From Thainema sp. (GTDB lineage Bacteria > Cyanobacteriota > Cyanobacteriia > Phormidesmidales > Phormidesmidaceae), in assembly GCA_052168235.1 (NCBI GenBank), contig JBQLZK010000013.1:1-64000 (forward strand): DNA of 64,000 bases. The letters run 5' to 3'. Position numbers and translations under genes: made by a program. The notes below the pieces were generated by a model. The model saw nothing but the letters and a program-made list of their open reading frames with translations, searched no databases and was not told where the DNA came from. This document shows, in pieces, positions 10,856 to 19,636 of the stretch. The stretch's first letter is position 1, and the number at the start of each line of letters is the position of its first letter.

Positions 10856-11094
10856 TCGATACGGTGTTTCATTCGCGATATTCCCATTCCTCTAGACATC
10901 AAAATGCCCCCATCAGTTTGCGTTACAAGCTGGTGGGGGTTTTTGTAGTGAGCGGATTGGGCAGGGAGCAAAGGAGCAGGGGAAGCAAGAAGTGGGGTAC
11001 GAGTTAGAGATTTGTGATTGAGACGCAAGGGAGCCAGAAATTCCGTTGCTCCCCTGCTCCGAGTTCTGCATTAGTGCTTCGATTTGGCGAGAAG

Positions 11095-11856
11095 TTACAC
11101 GCAACCGTAGTTCAGCAGGTCTTGAATTTCCTGATGGCAGTAATCGGTCAGGTCGGTTACGGCTGAGCGGACTTGTTTACCTTGGTACTGTTCACGGTGC
11201 TTATCAGTCACCCAGAATGGACGGCCAACCAGGATATTTACTCGTCTGTAGTTCACCATTGGGTGCCAGCCAGAGCGGCGGAACAGGGGTTCACTGGGGT
11301 CGAACCAACTGAAGACCCGCAGCGGCATGAGGGAGTGAATATGCTCCTTATTGGATGCGATCGCAACTGGTAAAACAGCGAGTTCATCGACGGGTGCTTT
11401 CAGCGCCAAATGGGCAAAGCCGCGATGGAATTCTCCGACTTCATCGGCGGGATTGGGCTGCACCATCGGTTCTGCACCTTCGGGAAAGATGCCAATGGCT
11501 TCCTGCTGCTTCAGGAGCTGTACCGCTTGCCGAAAGAATTCGTGCTGGTTTTGTCCCGGTTCATTTAGCGGCAGCGCTCCCATCTGATCTACGATGTCGC
11601 GCAGGATGGGCACCTGGCTCATGTAGTGATGGCAAGCGAATCGAATGGGCCGATTGGTGATATCCATTAGCAGCGGCACGTCCAAGATGCTGCGGTGATT
11701 GCTCACTAGCAAGAGCGGCGTAGACGGAGGGATGCGGTGTTGATAATAGTGAAAGGTCCGGATACCAAGCGCAGTTAGCAAACCACGCGATAGCATCACT
11801 GGATTCTCGTTTGGCATAGAACTGGAGAATAGGAATAGCGACCAAGGCATTGCCAT
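11095..11856 (-). CDS. Lysophospholipid acyltransferase (PlsC-like)
   Basis: NHRSILD (HX4D) and IFPEG motifs. Confidence 0.88.
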   Translation of the reverse strand: MAMPWSLFLFSSSMPNENPVMLSRGLLTALGIRTFHYYQHRIPPSTPLLLVSNHRSILDVPLLMDITNRPIRFACHHYMSQVPILRDIVDQMGALPLNEPGQNQHEFFRQAVQLLKQQEAIGIFPEGAEPMVQPNPADEVGEFHRGFAHLALKAPVDELAVLPVAIASNKEHIHSLMPLRVFSWFDPSEPLFRRSGWHPMVNYRRVNILVGRPFWVTDKHREQYQGKQVRSAVTDLTDYCHQEIQDLLNYGCV

Positions 11857-12155
11857 CTAGCGCTGAACTGCGATCGCAGCTTGATCGTGATCGTTTTCAC
11901 GAGCGACCCGCAGCTAGGGGACAAGTTAAGGTAGCAGCGCTAAAATGAGCCTTGTTTACATTACTTTACTTCTATCTTGAGATCCTTGGGATTGAGATCC
12001 ATCAAAAGGTGGTAGATCGGAATCATTAGGATGAGTTATGTCCTGTTCGCCGTACCACCCTGCTGCAACGTTGACGACTTAACAAGCTAGACTGCTTGCC
12101 AAATAAGCGATTCAGCGTTCTCTATGCACCAGGCAGTCGGACTAGCACTGTCAAT

Positions 12156-13586
12156 TTATGTTAAGTCAATTTCTGCGTACGGTAGAGCTTGCGATCGCAG
12201 GTCACAACTGAGCACGATCGGTTCATCTTCAAAGGTAATCAGCTCTAAATAGTGCGGATTTTCCAGCAGGGAGTGAGCGGCCAAGAATCCTGCAATTGTC
12301 CACATCTGAAACTTCCGGGCTTCCCGACCAATCAGTCGTCCCTGCTTGCCGTCGTAATATTCCGGCCATTCATCTTCAAAAAGGTGCTGCTGTGCGATCG
12401 CGAGTGCCTTTTCCGCCAGTTCCGGCTTGCCCATTTTTTGCGCCGCTGCCGTCAAATTCCACAGCAGCACGGGCCAGCTGCCGCCATTGTGGTACGACCA
12501 GGGCGCATTTTTCCGATCCCAGCCCGTTGCCGTCTGCCAGTCGCGCCCTTCCATCGCCGGATAGCACAGCTTCATCGGCATTTGCGCTACTAAGGTAGAC
12601 CAGCATTCTTCAATCAACGTCATAATTCCCTGACACTGCCGCTCATCGGCCAACGAAGTTAGAATTGCCAGCAGATTGCCCTGAGCAAAGAAGCGAAAAT
12701 CCATCCGGGCTGGCCCCAAATTGCCCACCAGATACCCTCCATCCATCGGCAACCACTCGGTCAACCAGTCGGGAATGGAATCTGGATAAATATTCAGCCA
12801 ATTCGCCACCGACTGACCAAATTCCTCTACCCGATAGCGATAAATTTCATTCAGCCGTGCCATATCCAGCCAGTAGTACTGCCGGATGTGGTAGGCCAGT
12901 TGACTAGAGCGCTCCGTTGCGGCATCGATGTAGCCCTGCCCGTCACCATCGGGCAGCAACAGCTCTCGCACCGTGCGCAAAGCAGCATAAAACAGCACCT
13001 GAATCTCTAGCGGATAGCCATACACCCCCATCCGGCGGTCAATCATGAATGCGCCATCGGGCACCAGTAGAGTGGGAAACATGTCAAACCGCGTCAGCAA
13101 GCACAGATCCAGCATCTGATGAATTCCGGCCTGAAAGTCGGGACGGTGGGCCAGCTCAATATCTCCAGAAACCTTGACATAGGCTCGCAGCAACAGCAGC
13201 CACCAGAAACAGGAGTCTACAGGCGTCACCCGCGCGATCGCATGTTCCCCAAAGTCCGGCACAATCACCTCGCGCTCGTCCCAGACTTCGACTTTGAAGC
13301 TGGCAGGCATCAGGCCCGTACCCGGTTTGTAACAGTCCAACTGCCGCTCATGGTTCTGTAACGACAGGGTTAACTTCAAAAAATTACGCACAATATCCGT
13401 GCGCCCCTGCATCAAAAACACCCAGGCCGAAACCGCAAAGTCGCGGGTAAAGCACTGGTCATAGTTCAGGTCGGGAGATGTGCGATCGCAGGCGGCCACT
13501 GTTCCTACGGGCTGCCCCTTGTAATACACAATGGATGCTTCTAGCGCCTCATAGGCGGACGTGATGATTGAAGATGGATTGGGCAT
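12156..13586 (-). CDS. Alkaline/neutral invertase (GH100)
   Basis: [53 protein letters not shown]. Confidence 0.95.
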   Translation of the reverse strand: MPNPSSIITSAYEALEASIVYYKGQPVGTVAACDRTSPDLNYDQCFTRDFAVSAWVFLMQGRTDIVRNFLKLTLSLQNHERQLDCYKPGTGLMPASFKVEVWDEREVIVPDFGEHAIARVTPVDSCFWWLLLLRAYVKVSGDIELAHRPDFQAGIHQMLDLCLLTRFDMFPTLLVPDGAFMIDRRMGVYGYPLEIQVLFYAALRTVRELLLPDGDGQGYIDAATERSSQLAYHIRQYYWLDMARLNEIYRYRVEEFGQSVANWLNIYPDSIPDWLTEWLPMDGGYLVGNLGPARMDFRFFAQGNLLAILTSLADERQCQGIMTLIEECWSTLVAQMPMKLCYPAMEGRDWQTATGWDRKNAPWSYHNGGSWPVLLWNLTAAAQKMGKPELAEKALAIAQQHLFEDEWPEYYDGKQGRLIGREARKFQMWTIAGFLAAHSLLENPHYLELITFEDEPIVLSCDLRSQALPYAEIDLT

Positions 13587-13686
13587 GGTTATTTTGAATT
13601 GACAAACTGGCTTCTATCCAAATCTGGCACTAAAAACCAAAGAGGACATCTGGCTATATGCAGCAAAATGTCCTCTTCTCGTTTGT

Positions 13687-13785
13687 TCACATCTTGCACC
13701 TTGCACTTCGAGAACCCGAAGAGGTTGTTTTGCCGCCGCGATGTGGCGGCAAAACAACCCTGCTGGGTTTTGGTGCAAGATGTGA
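13687..13785. mobile_element. Palindromic MITE-like element, family TCACATCTTGCAC (copy 1)
   Basis: TIR TCACATCTTGCACC / GGTGCAAGATGTGA, central GC-rich hairpin, flanked by GTTTGT direct repeats. Confidence 0.75.
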
Positions 13786-13852
13786 GTTTGTGGATAGTGA
13801 GTTGTCTGATGCTAATGCTCCAGTGCTGTTAAGGCTGGCTGCTGCGCCACTA

Positions 13853-14356
13853 TTACCGACAGGCTGCCCGCAGATCCGCAAAGCGTGTGCAACCCGATCG
13901 GGAGGTACTGCGGGAACGATTATTGCGATAGATGGTGCGGGAGCCGCTACCGGGAATGAAAATTACATCATTCGAGCCGTACCGATGGCGCGAGTCGATA
14001 ATCACCGGATTGACAATCGTGGAATCTTCAATGTCTGAGTCAATAATCACCGGATTCACCAGCGTGGAATCTTCAATATCGCGATCGCGGTAGACCCGCC
14101 GCCCGTAGCGGTCATAGTAATGCCCATTACGGTAGTAATAACCATCGCGACTGTAGTAGTGGTCATCGCGGTCGTAGTAATAATCGTCGTCGTAATCTGA
14201 GCCAATCCGCACCGTAATGCTGCCGCCACGTACTGAAATAGAATCCGCCCGACTGGGTAGCGCAGTGCTAATCAGTGCCGTTCCAGCCAACAGTGAAAGT
14301 GCGATCGCACGTGCCGATTTTGGAATCCCTAAACCTCGCCCCATACCTGCCTCCAA
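13853..14356 (-). CDS. Hypothetical secreted protein, Tyr/Asp/Arg-rich with duplicated DIEDST(L/I)VNPVIIDS
   Basis: Signal-peptide-like N-terminus and internal repeats. Confidence 0.65.
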   Translation of the reverse strand: MEAGMGRGLGIPKSARAIALSLLAGTALISTALPSRADSISVRGGSITVRIGSDYDDDYYYDRDDHYYSRDGYYYRNGHYYDRYGRRVYRDRDIEDSTLVNPVIIDSDIEDSTIVNPVIIDSRHRYGSNDVIFIPGSGSRTIYRNNRSRSTSRSGCTRFADLRAACR

Positions 14357-14586
14357 CGCTCTAGCTTGATTGGTGTAAGTATAAAATCAAACATGCCATC
14401 CCTGATTCCTGCGACGCAGATTCAAACAGAAAGTTCCGTGCTTAATAGCTATCCTCACAATCAACCACGAACCATCAACCCCAAATCACGCTCAATACCC
14501 ATCCCCAGTTATCACCAATCCCGACCCAATTCCACCTCATTCCTTAAAATAGAAAAAGCAGAATTTTGATTGATTGTTGACGAATC

Positions 14587-15153
14587 GTGAGCACAACGTC
14601 ATCTGAACCGAACCGCACACCTGACCAAAAAGAGTTGGCCCGCCGTGAATATGGCCGAGGCCGAGAAGCCTTTGAACGGGGCTACTATCGCCAAGCCATT
14701 CAACAGTTTGAAAAAGCTGCCGCTTTAGTCAATCGTAACTCCGTCTTTGGGGGAGAAGTCCAAATTTGGCTGGTCAATGCCTATGCCGCAATGGAGCAAT
14801 TTGGCGATGCCATCAGCCTCTGTCGCCAGTTAACCCGCCACCCTCATCTCGATACGCGCAAGCAGAGTAAGCGGTTGCTGTACATCCTAGAAGCGCCCCG
14901 ACTGAGATCGCGCCCGGAATGGTTGACGCAAATTCCCGATTTAGGGGCCATTTCAGACGGCGAAAACCAGGATCAGCTCTCCAGCCAACGCTATGCTGCG
15001 ACTGATGCGCCGAAGAAACCGCGCCGCAAGCGTCCCGAACCGGAGCCAGAACCGATCGATCTGAGCCAGGTCAACACAAAAGACAATAAATTTCTTTGGG
15101 TAGCGCTAATAGCCGTTGCGCTCACCATTGGCGGACTGCTGTGGTTGAGTTAA
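14587..15153 (+). CDS. TPR-repeat protein with C-terminal membrane anchor
   Basis: TPR-like helices (AFERGYYRQAIQQFEKA), C-terminal hydrophobic helix. Confidence 0.8.
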   Translation: MSTTSSEPNRTPDQKELARREYGRGREAFERGYYRQAIQQFEKAAALVNRNSVFGGEVQIWLVNAYAAMEQFGDAISLCRQLTRHPHLDTRKQSKRLLYILEAPRLRSRPEWLTQIPDLGAISDGENQDQLSSQRYAATDAPKKPRRKRPEPEPEPIDLSQVNTKDNKFLWVALIAVALTIGGLLWLS

Positions 15154-15413
15154 TTGGATAATGAGTGCGATCTCAACACTATCTCACGAACAAAATGACT
15201 AGACTTCTTGCAACCGTTTAGTACAAAGGACTTATCCCAGTATTACTCCATCTCTTTGTCTATGCCCAGCTTCAAACTCGGCCTTGATTGTGAGTTTGGT
15301 CGCTTAATTCGCGCCTGCAATGAGTCCTAAAACCACTAACCTGCTCTAGAATCAGGTATTGCAGACCACAATCCTTGAGGGATAGCATTTTGACGGCGAA
15401 GCAGATACGGAGT

Positions 15414-15540
15414 GTACCTTCAGATACCAACGAACCAATCCTGTAGAACCGTCAGGCAAAATTCGCTGCTATGTACATCCTGATGTGCTCAGGAACGATA
15501 CTCCAGAGGAACATGTTCGCCAAAGAGTCGTTCGAAGCTT
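15414..15540 (+). pseudogene. Remnant of the N-terminus of a type I restriction HsdR_N-like / N6-methylase fusion gene
   Basis: Translates with a frameshift as ..PSDTNEPI/VEPSGKIRCYVHPDVLRNDTPEEHVRQRVVRSL; the TPEE.VRQ motif matches that family from recall; cut off at the IS remnant. Confidence 0.5.
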
Positions 15541-15850
15541 GGCATACGCTGTATCGTGGATGTGAAACCTGGTTGTAGCCTCACCAGTCATCGGTATAGA
15601 CCGAACTCTCGGCTCGGGTCATCGCCTGGATGTACGGACTCAGGGTCGTCTCGTCTGTGCGCTCAATGACTCGTAAGCGGACGTGCCCCGACATCCGTCC
15701 CATTGTGCCGATAATCGGCGGTCGGTCATTCTCATAGGTGCCGTGCCCCCGACGCTTGTTGGCTCGTCGTCTTGGCGGGTCATCTGGCTCCAGATGCAGC
15801 TTTCCTTTTCCCCCCCGCATTCTGAAACATCTCATCGGTTTCAGTCCATG
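15538..15850 (-). pseudogene. IS1595-family (ISXO2-like DDE) transposase fragment
   Basis: ETDEMFQNAG-(frameshift)-KG...RRRANKRRGHGT...VYTDDW*GYNQV; frameshift and in-frame stop. Confidence 0.8.
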
Positions 15851-15975
15851 TAGGGTGTGTCACGGCGAAGCCTAACGTATCATTTCACGAAATTCGAACC
15901 ACATAAGCTGCGATCGCACTTTTAATCCCTTTTGTGCTGAACTGGGCATCCTAAACTCACACCTATTTACTGGGT

Positions 15976-17241
15976 ATGGATATGAGATTATTCAGTAAGC
16001 TCATGAAGTGGTTTCAAATCGGATTGATCATTTTGTTATCAATCTTCGTTTTGAATACTGATGTGGCCTATGCTCGTGGGGGTTGTTTTAGTGGTGATAC
16101 GCAAATTCTTACTGTAAATGGCTACAAGTCCATTGAGCAGTTAAATCAGACAGATCATATTCTGGGATTTGATTTTTCAAATCATCAAATTAAGGAAGAA
16201 GAAATCGGCGAGATTCAGATTTTCAACTCTCCTGACTATTATCTTATCAATGACAGAATTAAAGTCACTGGCACACATCCCTTTTACGTTCAAAAGAACG
16301 AAAAGATAGAGCTTACTGAAGTACAAAATTTAAGCATAGGCGATCATCTGCTTGGCGAAAGCAACACGCGGATATCCATCTCTGAAATTGAACATATTCA
16401 GCAGCCTATTACGGTCTATAATCTTCTGTCTGTTAAACCCGACCATAACTTCTATGCAGATGGTGTTCTAGTTCACAACAAAGGAGGTGGCGGCGGTGGT
16501 AGTGGCGGTGGCGGACATGGACATGTAGCAGGTGGTGCAGATTATGAGCCTGTACCTCTAAATGCAAAAACAATTCCTAGCTTGATAAAGATATTTGTAG
16601 TCTTTATACCTTTAATTTTACCCTTTGGCTTTTTACAAGAAATCTACAATTTTATTCGGTTTCGAGACAGCCATTTTACAGAAGATGAAGACCTAATTGA
16701 GTTTGCGAGGCAAGTCAATATCCTATTTAGGAACCGTTACTCAGTTCGTTATTTTCAGGATGATCAGTATTGGATCATGATTCCGATTGCATCAGAGCTA
16801 GATGAAGAAGAATATCAGGACTGTATTAGCAAATCTGAATTGATTGAGAAAGTTCATAATTTGTTTATCCAATATCAAAATGATTGGACAAATAAAAACT
16901 TTGAGGCCATGACTAAATATATTGCTCAGCCTTTCTATCAAGAGCAATGCGATACTTTTACAAAAAGCTTTGGCAATGATTTTGATATAGTCTATAAACC
17001 AAATGTGCTTGATGTTGCTCCATTAGAATATCAGCAAGAAAATGATAAAGCGATTTTTCAGATTCAAATCAATGCTGAAATGATTAACTTCGATCTTTCT
17101 GATGAAGGTTATGTATTGAATGGCGAACCTTATTCCCGTTCTTGCACAGAATTTTGGACAGTCGGAGTAGATTCTGAGAAGAATTTAGAGTTAATCTATA
17201 TCACCCAAGTTGATGCGATCGCATTTTTCGAGAAAGTTTGA
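15976..17241 (+). CDS. Signal peptide + Hint (intein-like) domain + Gly-rich linker + TM helix + Tim44-like domain
   Basis: AYA cleavage site; Hint from CFSGDT (nt 16084) through TGTHPF to HNFYADGVLVHN (nt 16479); C-terminal Q.DW...EFW pattern resembles Tim44/NTF2-like domains. Confidence 0.8.
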   Translation: MDMRLFSKLMKWFQIGLIILLSIFVLNTDVAYARGGCFSGDTQILTVNGYKSIEQLNQTDHILGFDFSNHQIKEEEIGEIQIFNSPDYYLINDRIKVTGTHPFYVQKNEKIELTEVQNLSIGDHLLGESNTRISISEIEHIQQPITVYNLLSVKPDHNFYADGVLVHNKGGGGGGSGGGGHGHVAGGADYEPVPLNAKTIPSLIKIFVVFIPLILPFGFLQEIYNFIRFRDSHFTEDEDLIEFARQVNILFRNRYSVRYFQDDQYWIMIPIASELDEEEYQDCISKSELIEKVHNLFIQYQNDWTNKNFEAMTKYIAQPFYQEQCDTFTKSFGNDFDIVYKPNVLDVAPLEYQQENDKAIFQIQINAEMINFDLSDEGYVLNGEPYSRSCTEFWTVGVDSEKNLELIYITQVDAIAFFEKV

Positions 17242-17282
17242 GACAAGACAAAATAGGCTATTATTTGTCTAGCCTGTGAAAT

Positions 17283-17939
17283 TTGCGATCGCAACTTATG
17301 AATGGTGTTGCTTGGAACGAAATAGCAATATATGAAGTTGTTGAAACCTCAGTTTGCATTGATAATATCGTAATCGTCCCATGCTTTTATGAGCTATTTC
17401 CTTGCCCAGCAAAATATCAAGCTATCTTAGATTTTTCTTTAGAGCGCTACATGCTCCAAGAGCATTTATCCTTTGCGGATTTTTGCCCAGCATTTTATAA
17501 GTTTATTCAGCCCAGCCTAAGATTTGAATCTGAGAATTGGCAAGATGCAATTTGGGTTCGATCTAAGATTATATCTGTATATAATTTTTATCCACCACAG
17601 GCATACAGCATACGTCACAGCCTTTTGAATATTCCTTTCGTGGCGGTTTTTCTTGATGAATCATCAAGCATCGCGGCTCTACATCCATTTGCCTGTGTTG
17701 AGGACGAACTCAAAGCAGGACTTGGATTCTATCAAGTTACTACACCAGAAGAATGCTCGATTATTTCAGCTATTTTCTGGAAGTCATTATTGGCAGAACC
17801 AAAGCTAGCTGATTTTATTGATCGTGTTGTAGGGTGGGCTTACGATTATGAATCTCCAGTTATGGGTAGCGATTTTGTGACTGGCTATTGGAAAGATGAA
17901 TTCCATTTAGTTTTATTAGATTCAGCAATGTACTACTAG
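17283..17939 (+). CDS. Hypothetical protein (AT-rich)
   Basis: 218-aa ORF with no recognised motif; start may be the ATG at 17298. Confidence 0.6.
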   Translation: MRSQLMNGVAWNEIAIYEVVETSVCIDNIVIVPCFYELFPCPAKYQAILDFSLERYMLQEHLSFADFCPAFYKFIQPSLRFESENWQDAIWVRSKIISVYNFYPPQAYSIRHSLLNIPFVAVFLDESSSIAALHPFACVEDELKAGLGFYQVTTPEECSIISAIFWKSLLAEPKLADFIDRVVGWAYDYESPVMGSDFVTGYWKDEFHLVLLDSAMYY

Positions 17940-18085
17940 ATCTAAAGCTTTAATAAATGGAATAATGTATGCGAAGCATAATTCTTAGAAATGCGATCGC
18001 ACATTAATCTCTAATCGTTTTCCTACTTATGCAATCTTGACAAAACCTTCAATCCAATCCGATCTAAATTTGCAATGTCTGTTCT

Positions 18086-19165
18086 CTAAGTTTTTCTCGA
18101 ATTATTAGAAATCGCAGGTTGTAATAAACGACTTTCTAAGCGAGGTGTAATTTGGCGATCATATAGTTGCTGAATTTTTTGGCATATCACAAACATAACT
18201 GGCAAAGTGGTAACTATCATTACGCTCGAAAATATAAACAGATTGTCACCAGGTATCGCCTTCTCGATGATTTTGCTTGCCACAGATAAAACAGGTCGGT
18301 GAAACAGATAAATGCAATAAGAGGCGTAAGCGACTTTTTCAAAAAGGAAAAAACTTAATCCTTCTTCAGGAAGATAACGTAGAGCATAATAAGAGAAAGT
18401 TACAAAGCAGATCATCCAGATATTTACTCTTAAAAGGTTGAGTAAAGAAGCATCAGGGTTTCGAATGGATGCGTATCCTGTCAAATTCATCAATAAGGTG
18501 ATGAACAAGAGAATCAGAAAAAAGATAATTGAGAATGACTTAGGTGATTTATCTAAGATTTTGCTGGCACCACAATACATGCCATACCAGAAAACTCCAT
18601 AGTAGAGCAGTAGACGAAAATCAGTTGCCTGCCAAATTGCATTTAAGGTAAAAATTAGAATAGGAAAGCCAGTAATGATGCAAAGTTTTACATTTTGGCT
18701 CAGAGCTGATTTCCAAACCATAAAAATTGAATAGTAGGCTACAATCAATCCGATAAACCAAAGCGTTCGTATCGGTCGAAAATTCGGTGATTCAACTAGC
18801 AACTGCAATCCAAATAAATGCACAAGAATCGAAGTTGGATTGAAGATTTCATACAAAATAATGAATGCGGCAAAAGCAACTAAGTAAAGAGGAAAAATCC
18901 GAATCCAGCGCTTAAGAATAAACTTTTTAGCCTCGGCTAAGTCAAAAGAGTGATTCTTTCTTGAGTTAAGCAAGTACCCTGAAGTAAACACAAAAAGGCT
19001 TAAGCCAATATAACGATTAAATACATTGAGAAGAGACAGATCGAGAGGTACTCCGAAATTATTTAGGTCGTAGTAGTTAAACGTATAGCCTGGTAGATGA
19101 TGAAACAGTATCACCAAGATCGCTAATGCTCTCATCCAATCAAGTACCACTAATCTTTTTTTCAT
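18086..19165 (-). CDS. Acyltransferase 3 (OafA-like) membrane O-acyltransferase
   Basis: LDWMRALAILVILFHH, LFVFTSGY, KRWIRIFP, LWFI, SYCIYLFH motifs. Confidence 0.88.
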   Translation of the reverse strand: MKKRLVVLDWMRALAILVILFHHLPGYTFNYYDLNNFGVPLDLSLLNVFNRYIGLSLFVFTSGYLLNSRKNHSFDLAEAKKFILKRWIRIFPLYLVAFAAFIILYEIFNPTSILVHLFGLQLLVESPNFRPIRTLWFIGLIVAYYSIFMVWKSALSQNVKLCIITGFPILIFTLNAIWQATDFRLLLYYGVFWYGMYCGASKILDKSPKSFSIIFFLILLFITLLMNLTGYASIRNPDASLLNLLRVNIWMICFVTFSYYALRYLPEEGLSFFLFEKVAYASYCIYLFHRPVLSVASKIIEKAIPGDNLFIFSSVMIVTTLPVMFVICQKIQQLYDRQITPRLESRLLQPAISNNSRKT

Positions 19166-19636
19166 CTCTCTAATCCAATCTGATTACAAAAACTAAATTC
19201 ATAGTCGATAGACTTGCTTCTAAAATACAATCATTAAATACAACTATTTTATTCTGGTCAGATTATATTAAAAAGCACATAGAGAAACGTTTTACCTCTT
19301 TGGATCTGGCTCTTGATCTGAGCCTAGATTGCATGAAATTTGTTGCCATCAGCCCATCGTAATTTTAATGATTGCTTAATTTAGAAAAGAAGATACGGCT
19401 TAGTTGGCTAATAGATATAGATGGATTGGCTAATTTCAAGTAAAATGACAAGCCCATCGGCTTTACAGTCGCTTTTATTCATACCTTCTAGAGAAAAATT
19501 GGTTTTTGGAACACTCGCAAAATATTAAATAGGCAAGTCTTCTGACAAATGTCCGGTCAGATAATCAGGTGTTTGCCATAATTTTTGCAGAGATGCGATC
19601 GCACAACCGCACCACACTTTTCACAGGAGTCGGCCA

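Noticed and set aside
13599..14038. Short ORFs spanning palindromic elements (also 29514-29921, 34174-34365, 35022-35492)
   Set aside because: Their similarity to each other derives from the repeated MITE sequence, not from coding conservation.
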